From Deinococcales bacterium (lineage in GTDB: Bacteria > Deinococcota > Deinococci > Deinococcales > JAAFIG01), in contig JAYWGM010000092.1 of the NCBI GenBank assembly GCA_043778225.1, positions 1 through 64,000 of the forward strand: a stretch of 64,000 nt of DNA, in the 5' to 3' direction. The notes beneath the pieces are model-generated. The model saw nothing but the letters and a program-made list of their open reading frames with translations. It did no database searches and was not told where the DNA came from. Positions within the stretch are counted from its first letter, which is position 1. Every line of letters begins with the position of its first letter. The translations under genes and the position numbers were made by a program. Shown here piece by piece: positions 61,738-64,000 of this stretch.

Positions 61738-63236
61738 GGACAGTCTCGAGAAAACGAAATGAGTTTCAGGCATTTTATACAAACTGCAATGATATTACTT
61801 CTTACATGGTTGGGTTATTGGACTGTCAAGCGGGAATGTCAATTTTAGAGCCATGCGCTGGAGATGGGGCGATTATAGACGAATTGCTTAAGCAAAATTC
61901 TCGAGCGCAAATTTCTGCTTTTGAAATGAACAACCAAAGTGTAAGCAATCTTAAAAGAAAATATCGAATGGTCAACACAGTTCAAATTACTGGGGTCGAT
62001 TTTACGCAATATCATTCGCAAAACACTTATGACAGAATTATTGCCAATCCTCCATATGGTGCTTATCAAACCCTTGAAAAACGGGCAGAACTCAAAAATG
62101 AGTATCCAGATTTATATGCCAAAGAAACTTACGGAATCTTTTTGGCAAAAGCCATAGAAATGCTTTTGCCAAAAGGACGTTTAGTATTTATCGTTCCAGA
62201 TACTTTTTTGACACTGCATATGCACCAAGGATTAAGAAAAAAACTACTTCTCGAGTGCAAAATTGAGTCTATTACACTATTCCCATCGCATTTTTTCCCC
62301 AGTGTTCATTTTGGCTATGCAGGACTTTGTATTATTTCGGCTTGCAAAGATGTGGCACATGAATGTGATTTTCCTGTTTATAAAGGTTTGACAAGTACCC
62401 AAGACCTCAAAATCTTACTGACACCACAAAAAGTCAGTTTTGAGATTTGTCAGCTTTCCTACAGGCAAATAAAAACGAATCCTGCCCATTCTTTTTATCT
62501 ATCTAATGATTTACAGATTCAAACTTTGCTCGAACAAGGTTTACCGACGCTCGAAAATATCTGTGATGTTGTGACCGGATTTTATTCTGGAAACGATGCA
62601 ATATATCTTAGGAGAGCCGAAAAAGTGAAACGTGGAGTTCATAAATATAAAACTATTGAACTTGATTTGATTTATCAAGAACCCACGCCTTCGCTTGAGG
62701 GAATTGAAGCAGCAAACTATTGGATACCTATTGTTAAAGGTGGTAACAGGCGTTTCTATAAACCGTCTGAATGGTTTATGGACTGGAGTAAAAACGCGAT
62801 TCACGACTATAAAGTGGTCAATAAGAAGAAAGCTAGATTTCAAAATTCGCAATTTTATTTTCGACAAGGAATTGCCGTACCAATGGTTTCGTCGAGTGCA
62901 ATAACGGCGGCACTCATCAACAATAGATTATTTGACCAATCAATTGTTGGAATTTTCCCAAAAGAGGATTACCAGTTTTTACTGATGTATCTGCTTGGAT
63001 TTTTTAACTCGAGTATCTGTAATCGTTTTATCCGAATCATTAACGCAAGCACCAATAACTCATCAAACTATATCAAAAAAATCCCATTTTTGATGCCCAA
63101 TAAAGATCAAATTGATACTGTTTCTAGCTTAGTAGTTGGGCTGTGTGAACTTGCAAATTACAGAGAAATTAAGGCATCTGATTTACACACTCTGGATACA
63201 GTTTTTGAACAAATTTATCAACTCAAGAGCATCTAA
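61731..63236 (+). CDS. N6-adenine DNA methyltransferase (gamma class)
   Basis: Motif I ILEPCAGDG, motif IV IANPPY, C-terminal TRD-like region. Confidence 0.9.
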   Translation: MVGTVSRKRNEFQAFYTNCNDITSYMVGLLDCQAGMSILEPCAGDGAIIDELLKQNSRAQISAFEMNNQSVSNLKRKYRMVNTVQITGVDFTQYHSQNTYDRIIANPPYGAYQTLEKRAELKNEYPDLYAKETYGIFLAKAIEMLLPKGRLVFIVPDTFLTLHMHQGLRKKLLLECKIESITLFPSHFFPSVHFGYAGLCIISACKDVAHECDFPVYKGLTSTQDLKILLTPQKVSFEICQLSYRQIKTNPAHSFYLSNDLQIQTLLEQGLPTLENICDVVTGFYSGNDAIYLRRAEKVKRGVHKYKTIELDLIYQEPTPSLEGIEAANYWIPIVKGGNRRFYKPSEWFMDWSKNAIHDYKVVNKKKARFQNSQFYFRQGIAVPMVSSSAITAALINNRLFDQSIVGIFPKEDYQFLLMYLLGFFNSSICNRFIRIINASTNNSSNYIKKIPFLMPNKDQIDTVSSLVVGLCELANYREIKASDLHTLDTVFEQIYQLKSI

Positions 63237-63315
63237 ATGCTTACTGAACTATGCACCACAAGTCAATTTTGTAGTGCATGCAAACTCAAGGATTGTGATT
63301 TCTCGAGCCGAACTT

Positions 63316-64000
63316 TTACAGGTGCTGCTCGAGCCAACCTAAATACTCTTTTAACCTAAAGACCCGCCTATCTGGTCTGCCACTTCTCGAGAGTTCGTGG
63401 TTCTCGGCTGGAAAACGCACCAAACGGGTTGGTACACCTAAATTCTTGAGCGCCACAAACCACTGCTCGGCTTGCTCGATTGGGCAACGGTGGTCCTCCT
63501 CTGAATGCACAATTAAACATGGTGTCTTGACATTTTTAATGTGTTTAAGCGGCGATTTTTCCCAGAGCCGATCAAAATCTTCTGGGACTTTGCCGCGCAA
63601 TTCTCGAGGCACAAAGCGGTAGCCAATGTCAGATGTGCCGTTAAACGAGACCCAATTGCAAATGCTGCGGTCGGTAATTGCTGCCTTAAAGCGTTGGCTG
63701 TGTGAAATTGCCCAGTTGACCATTAAGCCGCCGTAGCTTCCACCAACAATCGCAATGCGTTTTGGGTCTAAATAAGTATGTTGATCTAAACAAGTGTCTA
63801 AAAACGCCATCAGGTCAGCATAGTCGCCGTTTAGGTAATCGCCACCAATTCCAGCCGTTTGGGCATCGCCGTAGCCCGTGCTGCCGCGAATGTTGCAAAA
63901 TGCGACCGCATAGCCAGCCGCCGCGAGGGTCTGAAATTCGTTCATGTAGGCATAGCCCCAAGCCGTGGCAGGTCCGCCGTGGACATTTAAGACCATCGGG
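63316..64000 (-). CDS. S9 family peptidase (partial, 3' end)
   Basis: HGGP, GGSYGG, EEDHRC, ENHELSRSG. Confidence 0.93.
   Translation of the reverse strand, partial: PMVLNVHGGPATAWGYAYMNEFQTLAAAGYAVAFCNIRGSTGYGDAQTAGIGGDYLNGDYADLMAFLDTCLDQHTYLDPKRIAIVGGSYGGLMVNWAISHSQRFKAAITDRSICNWVSFNGTSDIGYRFVPRELRGKVPEDFDRLWEKSPLKHIKNVKTPCLIVHSEEDHRCPIEQAEQWFVALKNLGVPTRLVRFPAENHELSRSGRPDRRVFRLKEYLGWLEQHL

Noticed and set aside
61731..63236. This MTase as the cause of CTCGAG enrichment
   Set aside because: Specificity cannot be read from sequence, and the cassette looks recently acquired and is relatively poor in the motif

Overview
This is a 64 kb bacterial chromosomal window, most likely from Deinococcota: it has a two-OB-fold SSB in rpsF-ssb-rpsR-rplI, a Cys-less S18, and pervasive leaderless -10 promoters. 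Housekeeping genes (rpsF, ssb, rpsR, rplI, ftsY, tsaE, birA, pyrE, trxA, guaB, sucCD, a tRNA-dihydrouridine synthase, a DEAD-box helicase) are interspersed with accessory loci. The most notable is a complete lasso-peptide cluster (B2-B1-C-A) coupled to guaB and followed by three apparent tailoring genes: a PqqD/RRE-fused TylF/MycF-type O-methyltransferase, a GT4-like glycosyltransferase and an HPr-kinase-like kinase. Together these suggest an undescribed, heavily modified lasso peptide. Other highlights: (1) extreme iteration of the palindrome CTCGAG (HIP1-like), which also sits at several rearrangement junctions; (2) a four-helix-bundle gene enclosed in octamer-repeat inverted stems inside a form II coxSLM operon, with 'empty' copies of the stem nearby; (3) a LAGLIDADG intein in the IMPDH active-site loop; (4) a low-GC restriction-modification cassette flanked by a 76 bp duplication of a peptidase 3' end; (5) toxin-antitoxin modules separated by 41 bp direct repeats; (6) an apparently catalytically dead RNase R; (7) an unannotated RiPP-leader-like peptide between a SARP/STAND regulator and a delta-60 lipoprotein. 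All calls come from reading motifs by eye; no database searches were run.
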